A stretch of DNA of 64,000 bases, taken from the NCBI RefSeq assembly GCF_902762735.1, contig NZ_CACWPP010000001.1, positions 34,613-98,612 of the forward strand, read 5' to 3'. Positions 25,306-34,700 of this stretch are shown here, in pieces. Positions within the stretch are counted from its first letter, which is position 1; every line of letters begins with the position of its first letter. Under the pieces are notes generated by a model. That model worked only from the letters and a program-made list of their open reading frames with translations. It had not been told where the DNA came from and made no database searches. Position numbers and translations under genes: made by a program. Source of the DNA: an uncultured Ruminococcus sp. (lineage in GTDB: Bacteria; Bacillota; Clostridia; Oscillospirales; Ruminococcaceae).

Positions 25306-25880
25306 AGCACTCCTTTTGTCGAAAGCACGCCCTTGCCCGTTTCAGTCATAGCGTCCTTCAAAGCATGCGCCACCGCCTTGAACATCGCTTCGATGATGTG
25401 GTGGTCGTTCTTGCCGTATTCTTCTCTGATATGCAGTGTTATGCCTGAATTAAAGGCAAATGCGCGGAAGAATTCCTCCGTCAGGCAGGTGTCGAAATTT
25501 CCGCACCTGTCATCATGGAACTCAGCGTCAAACACCAGAAAAGGTCTGCCGCTTATATCCAGCGAGCAGAAACTCAGCGCTTCGTCCATCGGCACATAAG
25601 CCGAACCGTACCGCGCGATACCTCCCTTGTCGCCCAGCGCTTCCGCAAAAGCCTTGCCGATGCAGATGCCTGTGTCCTCCACCGAATGGTGGGCATCAAC
25701 ATAAAGGTCGCCGTCGCACTTTACAGTCAGGTCAATGCCGCTGTGTACGCCGAAGGCTGTCAGCATGTGGTCAAAAAAACCGATGCCCGTATTTATATCG
25801 ACTTTCCCGCTGCCGTCAAGGTCAACGAACACCTCTATGTCCGTTTCGCGGGTCTTTCGTTTTATCTCTGCTTTTCTCAT
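25302..25880 (-). CDS. hisB: Imidazoleglycerol-phosphate dehydratase (monofunctional)
   Basis: 192 aa. RKTRETDIEV..GIGFFDHML..HHSVEDTGI..GKNDHHIIEA. No HAD phosphatase domain. Confidence 0.95.
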   Translation of the reverse strand: MRKAEIKRKTRETDIEVFVDLDGSGKVDINTGIGFFDHMLTAFGVHSGIDLTVKCDGDLYVDAHHSVEDTGICIGKAFAEALGDKGGIARYGSAYVPMDEALSFCSLDISGRPFLVFDAEFHDDRCGNFDTCLTEEFFRAFAFNSGITLHIREEYGKNDHHIIEAMFKAVAHALKDAMTETGKGVLSTKGVL

Positions 25881-25925
25881 TTAAATCACCATTTTCTAAC
25901 AAATGCACCGTCAGTCGGTCGTTTT

Positions 25926-27185
25926 TCACCATATAACATAGTCAGCAGGCGCTTCTACGCTAAGTGTGCCGAAGGCAAGTTCCTCTTCCTTCACGCCGCT
26001 TTTGAGAGCTTTCATCGCGCTTTCAAAACGTGCGCTCATCGAGAATATGTTCTGGTTGAACTCATCGCAAGGCTTGTTCTTTTCAAGGAAAGACTCCACC
26101 TCAGACTTTATGACCCTCATCGGCGAGATCTGGAACTCAGTCAGTTCAAGCTCTCTGTCGCCTATCTTCATGCTGACCAGTCCCGTGCCCTTTATCTTGA
26201 AAAACCACTGCACATATATCTCTGGCAGGAAAGTCATTACCTCCCACGCCGAATGTGCATCGCCTGTGACCGCCTGCACCTTTCTGAACAGTTCATTATA
26301 AGATTCCAGCACCGACGACTGCCCCATCAGCGGTATGCACTGACGGATATACTTGTACATATTATTGTACGCATCATTGTATTTCGGCTTTACTCTGACA
26401 TATGTCCTGTCAGACTGCACTATCAGCTTCTGCTCCTGCACCTGCCCGCAGATCCCCTCAGTGAAATACCTGCGTGCCTTATCCTCGACCAGTTCTGACA
26501 GCCTGCCTATCTCTTCGTTGTTTATCCTGCACTTTGCCGACACATGGTCGCCGCTGTACAGCGCTTCCATACTCAGCCAATAGTACTTCTTAGCCCCGAG
26601 ATATGCTGGCAGTTCGTCCTCTATCTCGCTGTAAAAGCCCTTTATTTCCTGCAAATCAGGAGCGCCTACACAGCTTACCATGCTTTCTGTTTCATACCTG
26701 TATACATGCGCTCTGCCGTCAAAATAATTCTCTATCAGGTCATCGTCAGCACCGTCTATCAGTTCAAACATATCATTCAGTATCGCCGCGAATTTCTTTA
26801 CCGCACCTGCAACAGCGCCGTTTATAGTTTCACCGATGCTGTCATAGTGCTCGGTAAGAAGCGTTTCGGCATTTGGCAGTGCTATGAAAAAGCGCACCTC
26901 AGCTGTATACGGATTTTTCGTCCTGTTGTCGGAGAGCAGCGTTTTAGCCTCCAGCAATGTCACCTCAAAATCATACTTTGGATATGTCACCTGTATCTTA
27001 TTGCGCACACCGCCTGTGGTGTTCTCCAACAGCGTCCTTATCGCCACTTCGTCTTTTGTGAACGAAGTGTTTTTGGTAGCTTTTGCCAGTCTTTCAAACT
27101 GGCTCGCCTCTGAGCCGTTCTTTTTTGCGCCTGCCTTCACCATGCTGACAGCCGCTTTCAGTACGAATGTTTCCAGCAGTCCCAT
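25926..27185 (-). CDS. Hypothetical cytoplasmic protein (419 aa) between hisD and hisB
   Basis: ORF 25926..27305; start moved to ATG 27185 (AGAGAGGG upstream). No TM, no PLP-lysine aminotransferase motif, no other motif I recognise. Confidence 0.65.
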   Translation of the reverse strand: MGLLETFVLKAAVSMVKAGAKKNGSEASQFERLAKATKNTSFTKDEVAIRTLLENTTGGVRNKIQVTYPKYDFEVTLLEAKTLLSDNRTKNPYTAEVRFFIALPNAETLLTEHYDSIGETINGAVAGAVKKFAAILNDMFELIDGADDDLIENYFDGRAHVYRYETESMVSCVGAPDLQEIKGFYSEIEDELPAYLGAKKYYWLSMEALYSGDHVSAKCRINNEEIGRLSELVEDKARRYFTEGICGQVQEQKLIVQSDRTYVRVKPKYNDAYNNMYKYIRQCIPLMGQSSVLESYNELFRKVQAVTGDAHSAWEVMTFLPEIYVQWFFKIKGTGLVSMKIGDRELELTEFQISPMRVIKSEVESFLEKNKPCDEFNQNIFSMSARFESAMKALKSGVKEEELAFGTLSVEAPADYVIW

Positions 27186-27347
27186 TATTTTCCCTCTCTT
27201 TATGTTCCCCTTGTGTACACAACACATTTGCAATATGAACGCATATACGGCGATGTCATCTTTCCCGCGCCGCTGCGCAGCAAAGATGACCGCCGCCATT
27301 ATCAAACGTACATGAAATGCTCTTTGTTTCTGTGTGTAAACAGTACG

Positions 27348-28640
27348 TTATTCAAATCTTACCTTTATCGCATTAGCGTGTGCAGTCAGACCCTCTTTTT
27401 CAGCCACAAGAACTATATCGTCCTTAGCCTTGCGCAGAGCGTCCTCCGTGTAGTAGATGAAGCTGGAGCGCTTCTCAAAGCTGTTCACGCCCAGCGGCGA
27501 GAAAAATCTTGCAGTGCCGCTTGTGGGAAGAACGTGGTTCGGACCCGCGTAATAGTCGCCGAGCGGTTCGGAAGCATACTGCCCCAGAAATACCGAGCCT
27601 GCATTGTCAAGCCTGCCCACATATTCCAGCGGGTTCTCAAACAGGACTTCCAGGTGTTCGGGCGCACATCGGTTAGCCATATCAACAGCCTCGTCCTTAG
27701 TGTTGCAGATTATCATAGCACCGTAGTTCTCCAGCGAGTACCTGATAATATCTTTTCTCTCCAGATATTCCATCTGACGCTCTATTTCAGCAATAGTTTC
27801 ATCAGCCAGCTTCTCGCTGGTGGTAACGAGTATCGCAGATGCCAGCTTGTCGTGTTCAGCCTGCGACATAAGGTCTGCCGCAACGAACTTGGGCTTTGCT
27901 GTTTCGTCAGCCATTACCAGTATCTCGCTGGGACCTGCCACCATGTCTATATCGACCACGCCGTAAAGCAGTTTCTTTGCAGTTGCAACGTAGATGTTTC
28001 CGGGACCTACTATCTTATCGACCTTAGGTATTTCCTCAGTTCCGTAAGCAAGTGCCGCGATAGCCTGTGCGCCGCCTGACATGAAAACTCTGTCAACGCC
28101 GCAAAGACCTGCTGCGACCAGTATATCCTTATTAGGTGTACCGTCCTTGAGAGGAGGTGTCACCATGATTATCTCCTTAACGCCTGCTATCTTAGCGGGA
28201 ACAGCGTTCATCAGCACTGAAGAAGGGTAAGCCGCCGTACCGCCCGGCACGTAAAGACCCACCTTGTCAAGACCTCTCACCTTCTGTCCCATGATACAGC
28301 CGTCAGCCTTAGCGTTGACAAAACTCTGGGACTTCTGCCTCTGGTGGAAATCTGTGATGTTCTCGATGGCATTGAGCAGAGCCTCAACAAAAGCGGGGTC
28401 TGCATCAGTCATAGCATCGTTTATTACTTCACGGGGAACTTCGTAATACTGGGGCAGTTTGCCGTCAAACTTCTCGGTGTACGCCTTTACTGCGCTGTCA
28501 CCGCCCTCTCTTACAGTTTCGATTATCTCGTTTACGACTGCGGAAACTTTCTTGTCAGTTTCGCCGCTTCTCTTTTCCAGCTGCTTGAAAAACTCGACCT
28601 CGTCCTTGCCGTTTACGTAGATCTTCTTGATAAATGACAT
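27348..28640 (-). CDS. hisD: Histidinol dehydrogenase
   Basis: ORF 27348..28682; start moved to ATG 28640 (AAGGAGGAG upstream). ..LMSQAEHD.. ..CAPEHLEV.. ..GDYYAGPNHVLPT.. Confidence 0.95.
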   Translation of the reverse strand: MSFIKKIYVNGKDEVEFFKQLEKRSGETDKKVSAVVNEIIETVREGGDSAVKAYTEKFDGKLPQYYEVPREVINDAMTDADPAFVEALLNAIENITDFHQRQKSQSFVNAKADGCIMGQKVRGLDKVGLYVPGGTAAYPSSVLMNAVPAKIAGVKEIIMVTPPLKDGTPNKDILVAAGLCGVDRVFMSGGAQAIAALAYGTEEIPKVDKIVGPGNIYVATAKKLLYGVVDIDMVAGPSEILVMADETAKPKFVAADLMSQAEHDKLASAILVTTSEKLADETIAEIERQMEYLERKDIIRYSLENYGAMIICNTKDEAVDMANRCAPEHLEVLFENPLEYVGRLDNAGSVFLGQYASEPLGDYYAGPNHVLPTSGTARFFSPLGVNSFEKRSSFIYYTEDALRKAKDDIVLVAEKEGLTAHANAIKVRFE

Positions 28641-28653
28641 TTCTTTCTCCTCC

Positions 28654-29286
28654 TTACAGATTTTTTTCCACCAGCGTGACAAAATTCTCTATCTCGCTCT
28701 GGCGCATCTTCATACTAACTGTATTTACTATCAGTCTTGCAGATATGGGGCAGATGTTGTCCTCGATTATCTCCAGACCGTTTTCTTTCAGTGTAGTGCC
28801 TGTTTCAACTATATCAACGATACCGTCAGCCAGTTCCAGCAAAGGTGCCAGTTCTACCGAACCCTCTATCTTGATTATGTCCACGTCCATGCCCTTGCTC
28901 TCAAAATGCTTGCGGGTGATGTTCGGGTACTTTGTCGCGACGGTCTTTACGTTGTAGCCGCCGTAAAAGCTCTGACCCTTTTTGGCAGCAAGTGCAAATC
29001 TGCATTTGCCGAAGCCCAGATCCACCAGTTCATAGAACTTGCCCTGCATCTCCTGAATGGTATCCTTGCCGACAACGCCCATGTCGCACACGCCGTGCTC
29101 AACATACGTTATAACGTCGTTAGCCTTAGCCAGCACGACCTCCAGATTGCCGTCAGGGACAGGCAGTATCAGCTTTCTGCCCTTTTCGCGAATGGCTGTG
29201 CAGTCATAGCCTATCTTCTCCAAAAGACCAACAGTATCTTTTTCCAGTCTGCCCTTAGTAAGAGCAATTCTCAAAGGTTTATTCAT
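28654..29286 (-). CDS. hisG: ATP phosphoribosyltransferase, short form
   Basis: 210 aa. LRIALTKGRLEKDTVGLLEKIG. Short HisG lacks the C-terminal regulatory domain, consistent with the adjacent hisZ. Confidence 0.95.
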   Translation of the reverse strand: MNKPLRIALTKGRLEKDTVGLLEKIGYDCTAIREKGRKLILPVPDGNLEVVLAKANDVITYVEHGVCDMGVVGKDTIQEMQGKFYELVDLGFGKCRFALAAKKGQSFYGGYNVKTVATKYPNITRKHFESKGMDVDIIKIEGSVELAPLLELADGIVDIVETGTTLKENGLEIIEDNICPISARLIVNTVSMKMRQSEIENFVTLVEKNL

Positions 29287-29309
29287 CTCACTTTTCCTCC
29301 CGATCGCCC

Positions 29310-30509
29310 TTATATCTCATTTTCGGTGATGTCCTCACCGACTCTGATGACTTTCTTTATGCCCTTTGACTTGGCATACTCCACAGTTTCCTCGTAGGAG
29401 TTGAACAGCGAATGCTCGACCTTGCTGCCCTCGCGCACCAGCTTCTGTGCATAAGCCATAGCTTCTACCACAAAACCCTTGTCGCCGAAGATAACAGCGT
29501 CAACGGGCTTGCCAGCGGGACTTGCGCCGATCCTTTCGAGATGCAGTGCCACCGAGTCAACATTCACGCCGAAGCCGACTGCGGGCATTTCCTTGCCGAA
29601 AGAACCTATCAGATTGTCGTATCTGCCGCCTTTCAGCACCGACTGTCCCACTTCGGACAGATAGCCCTTGAACACGATGCCTGTGTAGTAATCGGTATGG
29701 CTCACGATACCGAGATCGACGGATATTTTGCCCTCATATCCCAGACTTGACAGCCTGTTGAACACCTGTCTCAGGTTATAGAGAATGCCTGTTATCTTGT
29801 CGTTTGCATATATATCGCTCGCCTTGTCAAGGACATCGACCCCGCCGAACAGGCTTGGAAGCTGTTTCAGTGCGCGGGTGATGTCATTGTCGCCTATCTC
29901 GTCCAGCAGGTCGTTGAGCGCAGGGAAATTCTTTGAAGATATGAGCAGTCTGATCTCCTCGATGACATCTTCATCAAGGTTCAGCTGAGCCACCAGCTCC
30001 TTAAAATAGCCGATATGACCTATCTCCAGCCTGAAATTCTCCTTGTCGAAACTAGCCAGCGCCTCAACAGCGGTACACAGCACCTCCAGATCGGCACGCT
30101 TTTCATTATCGCCGCCTATCAGCTCGATACCTGCCTGTACCACCTCATCAGATCTGCCTTTGAGCAGTGCATTGTTTGAGAAAACGCTCTGATTATAGTA
30201 AAGTCTCAGCGGTGTGTCAGACTCTTTCAGTCTTGTTGCCGCCAGCCTTGCTATCGGTATGGTAGAATCGGGGCGCAGAACTATCAGCCTGCCCTTTGAA
30301 TCGGTCAGTTTATAAAGGCTCTCCTGCCTGAAATTTCTCGTACTGCCGCTGAAAGCATCATAAAACTCGATACCCGGAGTGACTACCTCACTGTAACCGA
30401 AGCCCTCAAACAGCGCCGCCAGAGTCTTCTCCACCTTGCGCCTTGCAAGGCAGTCCTCAAACAGCAGATCTCTTGTACCCTCAGGGGTTATAAGGTCATA
30501 TCTTTTCAT
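29310..30509 (-). CDS. hisZ: ATP phosphoribosyltransferase regulatory subunit (HisRS paralogue)
   Basis: 399 aa, class-II aaRS-like core. Directly upstream of short-form hisG as first gene of the his operon. Confidence 0.8.
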   Translation of the reverse strand: MKRYDLITPEGTRDLLFEDCLARRKVEKTLAALFEGFGYSEVVTPGIEFYDAFSGSTRNFRQESLYKLTDSKGRLIVLRPDSTIPIARLAATRLKESDTPLRLYYNQSVFSNNALLKGRSDEVVQAGIELIGGDNEKRADLEVLCTAVEALASFDKENFRLEIGHIGYFKELVAQLNLDEDVIEEIRLLISSKNFPALNDLLDEIGDNDITRALKQLPSLFGGVDVLDKASDIYANDKITGILYNLRQVFNRLSSLGYEGKISVDLGIVSHTDYYTGIVFKGYLSEVGQSVLKGGRYDNLIGSFGKEMPAVGFGVNVDSVALHLERIGASPAGKPVDAVIFGDKGFVVEAMAYAQKLVREGSKVEHSLFNSYEETVEYAKSKGIKKVIRVGEDITENEI

Positions 30510-30649
30510 ACTATCTTTCCTTTATGTAAAATAATTTATAGTAAACCGAACATCTTCGATCAGACCGATACTATGTCTTGACAATTCTTTATCGGTGGCA
30601 TTTTATCATAGTAAAGTGCTAACATAGTATCATAGTATCAACATGATAT

Positions 30650-30678
30650 ATTTTAGCATACTGACAAAGATTTGTCAA
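30650..30678 (-). promoter_or_regulatory. Sigma-A-type promoter of the his operon
   Basis: Minus strand TTGACA (30673-30678), 17 nt, TAAAAT (30650-30655). Implies a ~130-nt leader before the hisZ ATG 30509. Confidence 0.6.
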
Positions 30679-30717
30679 CCGATTTGTGCAAAAAAGCAGA
30701 ACCAACTTGTAAATTAA

Positions 30718-31743
30718 CTATGAACGCCCATCCGAGTTTTCTGCGTACTCGTCATAAAAAACTCTTTCGCTACCCTCTGCATCGGTGATATAACAATAAC
30801 TTATCCTGCCTGACGCATCACAGGAAACTATCCCATATTGCTTGTTTTCATCATCAAATGCCAGTTCATAGCAATAGTCATTTCTCAGGATCCCGTTTTC
30901 AAACCCAAAGAGATCCCTGATGTCGTTTATGTCTTTTACTTCATGTGACTTATTCATAAAATCATCTGCTGAAACATTGTTTCCATAATCAACAAACAGC
31001 CACGCATTTCCGTCAACACTTCTTGAGGTCAGTTCATACTCGGGTGGCGAACCCAGAAGATACGGTCTGTAACGGGTCACGTATTCATCAAGCCCAAGAT
31101 CAATATCCTTCCGGGCTATCAAAATATGTGACGAATAGTCAAATTCGGGAGCATTCGCCGTATCGTCCTTCGCGCCGTTAGAAAGTTCCCAATAATCAAA
31201 AGCCGCGCAGGCAGCCTCATCAAAGATATAAAAATATGACAGTCCCTCTTTTTCGGGGTAAGGTTCACATTTTGCATAGCCGCTCATAAACGCATAATAG
31301 TATTTTCCGTTGCAGTTTATCTGCTTGTAATGCCGTGTTATAGGCATTGTGAGCTTACCGTTATCAGTCCCCCAGCCACTGTCTAACCTATCTTTCTCAT
31401 ATTCCAGTTCTGCAAGACCGTCAGGCACATTCTTTATAAATTCATCTAACTGCTCTTCAAAACCATCTTTTTGCTGTACTTCTTCCGAGAACAGTTTGCG
31501 CAGTTTTTCTTTATCCCCGCTCTCGGCGGCTGTCATAACATCTTTAATTATCTTTCCCGCATCAGGTCTTGGTGAGTGATAATCATTCCATTCATCGCGA
31601 AAATCTGCATAGGAATTATCAGCGTTCATTCTGTCTTCCACTACATATTTAACACCTTTAAATATATTGCACGATGATAAACAAACCGCACTCACCGTTA
31701 CCATAGCAAGCAATAAAGATTTTTTCAGACCACTACCAATCAA
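30718..31743 (-). CDS. Hypothetical lipoprotein (341 aa)
   Basis: TTG start after GGAGA. Lipobox CLSSC. Looks AT-rich by eye. No recognised domain. Confidence 0.7.
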   Translation of the reverse strand: MIGSGLKKSLLLAMVTVSAVCLSSCNIFKGVKYVVEDRMNADNSYADFRDEWNDYHSPRPDAGKIIKDVMTAAESGDKEKLRKLFSEEVQQKDGFEEQLDEFIKNVPDGLAELEYEKDRLDSGWGTDNGKLTMPITRHYKQINCNGKYYYAFMSGYAKCEPYPEKEGLSYFYIFDEAACAAFDYWELSNGAKDDTANAPEFDYSSHILIARKDIDLGLDEYVTRYRPYLLGSPPEYELTSRSVDGNAWLFVDYGNNVSADDFMNKSHEVKDINDIRDLFGFENGILRNDYCYELAFDDENKQYGIVSCDASGRISYCYITDAEGSERVFYDEYAENSDGRS

Positions 31744-31763
31744 ATATATTTCTCCGTTTTTTC

Positions 31764-34700
31764 TCAGAAATTAAACAGCGATATCTGGCTCGACTTCGGC
31801 AAGTCACCGAACGCACCGATGTTCTCCAGCGCTTCAACGACTGCTTTGGTAACACCGCTGTCGCTCTGGAACTCTTCTATCGAGATAAAGTCGTTCTTCT
31901 GCGCTTTTTCGTATATGGCTATCGCCGCATTCACGCCGACACCGTTTATCGCACAGAACGGCAGTCTTATCTTGCCGTCCTCAATCTGGTAGATGAAAGC
32001 GTGTGACTTGTTTATGTCTATCGGCAGAAATTCATAGCCGCGCGACATCATCTCATTGGTCAGCATCAGCATATCCAGCACGCCGCTGTCCTTGCCCGAA
32101 CGCTCGTCCTTTGACATATTGCTCAGCTTGTCTATCTTGTCGCGCACCATGTAGATGCCTTTCAGCGTAGTTTCAGCATCAAAGTCCTCGCCGCGCACCG
32201 TGAAATACGTAGCGTAGAACGCCAGCGGCTCATGCACCTTGAACCAGCACAGTCTTATCGCCGCCGTTACGTATGCCGCCGCGTGCGCTTTCGGGAACAT
32301 GTACTTTATCTTCAGGCAGCTGTCAATGTACCACTCAGGAACATCATGCGCCCTCATATCCTGCTTCATCTCTTCTGTCAGCAGTTTTGGCGCTTTACCC
32401 TTACGGGTTATCTCCATTATCTTGAACGCCAGCTTTGGTTCAAGGTGATGTTCCAGCAGATACACCATGATACTGTCACGGGTACCTATAACGTTGGAAA
32501 TATCACAGGTGCCGTTTTTGATGAGTTCCTGTGCGTTGCCCAGCCATACGTCAGTACCGTGTGAAAGTCCCGAGATTTGCAAAAGGTCGGAGAAATTCTT
32601 CGGCTTTGACTCCAGCAGCATTCCTCTTACGAAAGGCGTACCCATTTCGGGTATGCCCAGCGTGCCTGTTTCGCACCTGATGTCCTCAGGCTCAACGCCC
32701 AGCGATTTGGGCGATGTGAACAGCGAGTACACAGCAGGATCCGACATGGGGCACTCGTTTATGTCCATGTGAGTGAAGTCTTCGAGGTACTTATACATCG
32801 TAGGTACATCGTGACCCAGCTCGTCCAGTTTAAGAATGGTATCGTGCAGTGAATGGAAGTCAAAGTGAGTCGTGACCATGTCCGAGTCTGCCTTGTCAGC
32901 AGGGTGCTGAACAGGCGTGAAGTCATACACCTCATAGTCACCCGGTATAACGACCATTCCTCCGGGGTGCTGTGAAGTCGTTCTCTTAACATCGACACAG
33001 CCGTTTACAAGCCTCTGTATCTCAGCGGGGCAGGCTGTCTTGCCGCGCTCATCGAGGTATTTTTTCACATATCCGTAAGCGGTCTTATCAGCCACCTTGC
33101 CGATAGTTCCCGCCTTGAAAACGTGATCCTCACCGAACAGTTCTTCGGTGTATTTATGTACCTTAGACTGACAGTCGCCCGAGAAGTTAAGGTCTATATC
33201 AGGCGCTTTATCGCCGTCAAATCCAAGGAATGTTTCAAACGGTATCTTGTGACCGTCGCGGTGCATCGGTATGCCGCAGTTAGGGCAGTCCTTAGGCGGC
33301 AGGTCAAATCCCGAACCGTACTCACCGTTCTCAAAGAACTCCGAATAGTGGCACTTTCGGCAGATATAGTGCGGTTCAAGCGGATTTACCTCCGATATGC
33401 CCGACATTGAAGCTACGAATGACGAACCTACCGAACCACGCGAACCGACCTGATAGCCGCACTGATTAGAGTACGCCACCAGCTTCTGCGAGATCATGTA
33501 CAGCACCGAGAAACCGTGTTTGATTATCGAGTCAAGCTCACGTTTAAGGCGCTTGAACACCAGCGGGTGGACATGCTCCTCAAAATAAGCCGAAACGTCC
33601 ACATCTTCGCCCTCAGGCACTTCTATTGACATCGGGTCGCAGTCGCCGTAAAGTTCACACGCTTTGCGCCAGCAGATTATCTGCAATTCGTACACCGCAC
33701 CCTCAATGAAAGGCGTATATGTCCCCACAGGGAAAGCCTTCAGGTCGGGGTCTATCATGTCAGCCACGTTGTTAGTGTTGGTGACCACCACTTCGTAAGC
33801 CTTTTCCTTGCCGAGATATGCCAGTTCATCAAGCATCTGGGTTGTTGATTTCAGGTAGAGCGGTGCCTGATTGTCGCAGTCGGTAAAGCCCATAGAAGCC
33901 TGTATTATCGCCCTGAATTTAGCATCTTCCCTGTTGAGGAAATGCACGTCGCCCGTCGCACAGACAGGTATGCCCAAGTCATTTCCCAGCCTTACGATAA
34001 AGCGGTTAATATCCTTGACATCTTCTTCGGTGCGTATCCTGTCATAAGGCGGCTTTTCGGCGGTCAGCATGAACATGTTATTGCCGTCGGGCTGTATCTC
34101 CAGATAGTCATAGAAGCTGGCTATCTGCTTTATCTCATCATAGCTTTTGCCCTCAAGATAGGCTTGTATGACCTCGCCCCTCTCGCAGGCGCTTCCCAAT
34201 ATCAGACCCTCGCGCAGTTTTGTCAGTTCGCTTTTGGGTATGCGCGGGCGGCGCTTGAAATATTTGAGATTTGAGTAGGATATGAGCTTATAAAGATTTT
34301 TCAGCCCTATATTGTTCCTCACCAGTATTATCTGGTGGTAAACATCTTTCGCCTCTGTTACGCGGTCTGTCTCGCCCAGCAGACCATTCAGCATATCTAC
34401 GGTTATCAGCACCAGCGGGAACTGTTCCATGAGCATTTTGGCAAGTTCAATGAATATCTTGCCCAGCACTTCAGCATCGTCACAGCCGCGATGATGCTGG
34501 AAGTCGCCATACCCGAAATGCTCAGCCACAAAATTCAGCTTATGCTTTTCAAGCTGAGGGAGCATCAGCTGTGACATCGGCACAGTGTCTATGCTCGAAA
34601 ACTCGAACTTTATGCCTTCCCTTTCACAGGCATGCTTTATAAAGCCCGTGTCGAAAGGCGCATTGTGCGCCACAAGGCAGGGCTTTTCTCCGCAGAACTC

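Noticed and set aside
25926-27185. Idea that the 419-aa ORF is a divergent HisC aminotransferase filling the hisD-hisB slot
   Set aside because: There is no PLP-lysine SxSK-type motif and no aminotransferase-like N/D/Y/R pattern by eye. Kept only as an untested complementation suggestion.
29310-30509. Possibility that this HisRS-like gene is the real histidyl-tRNA synthetase hisS
   Set aside because: It is the first gene of the his operon, directly upstream of a short-form (210-aa) hisG that requires HisZ. At 399 aa it is shorter than typical HisS. It does retain a C-terminal alpha/beta region, so confidence is set at 0.8 rather than higher.
30510-30717. Searched the his upstream region for a His T-box riboswitch
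   Set aside because: There is no GGGUGG T-box sequence on the coding (minus) strand, no specifier-loop context and no terminator with a U-tract. Only the short repeats are reported, as a finding.
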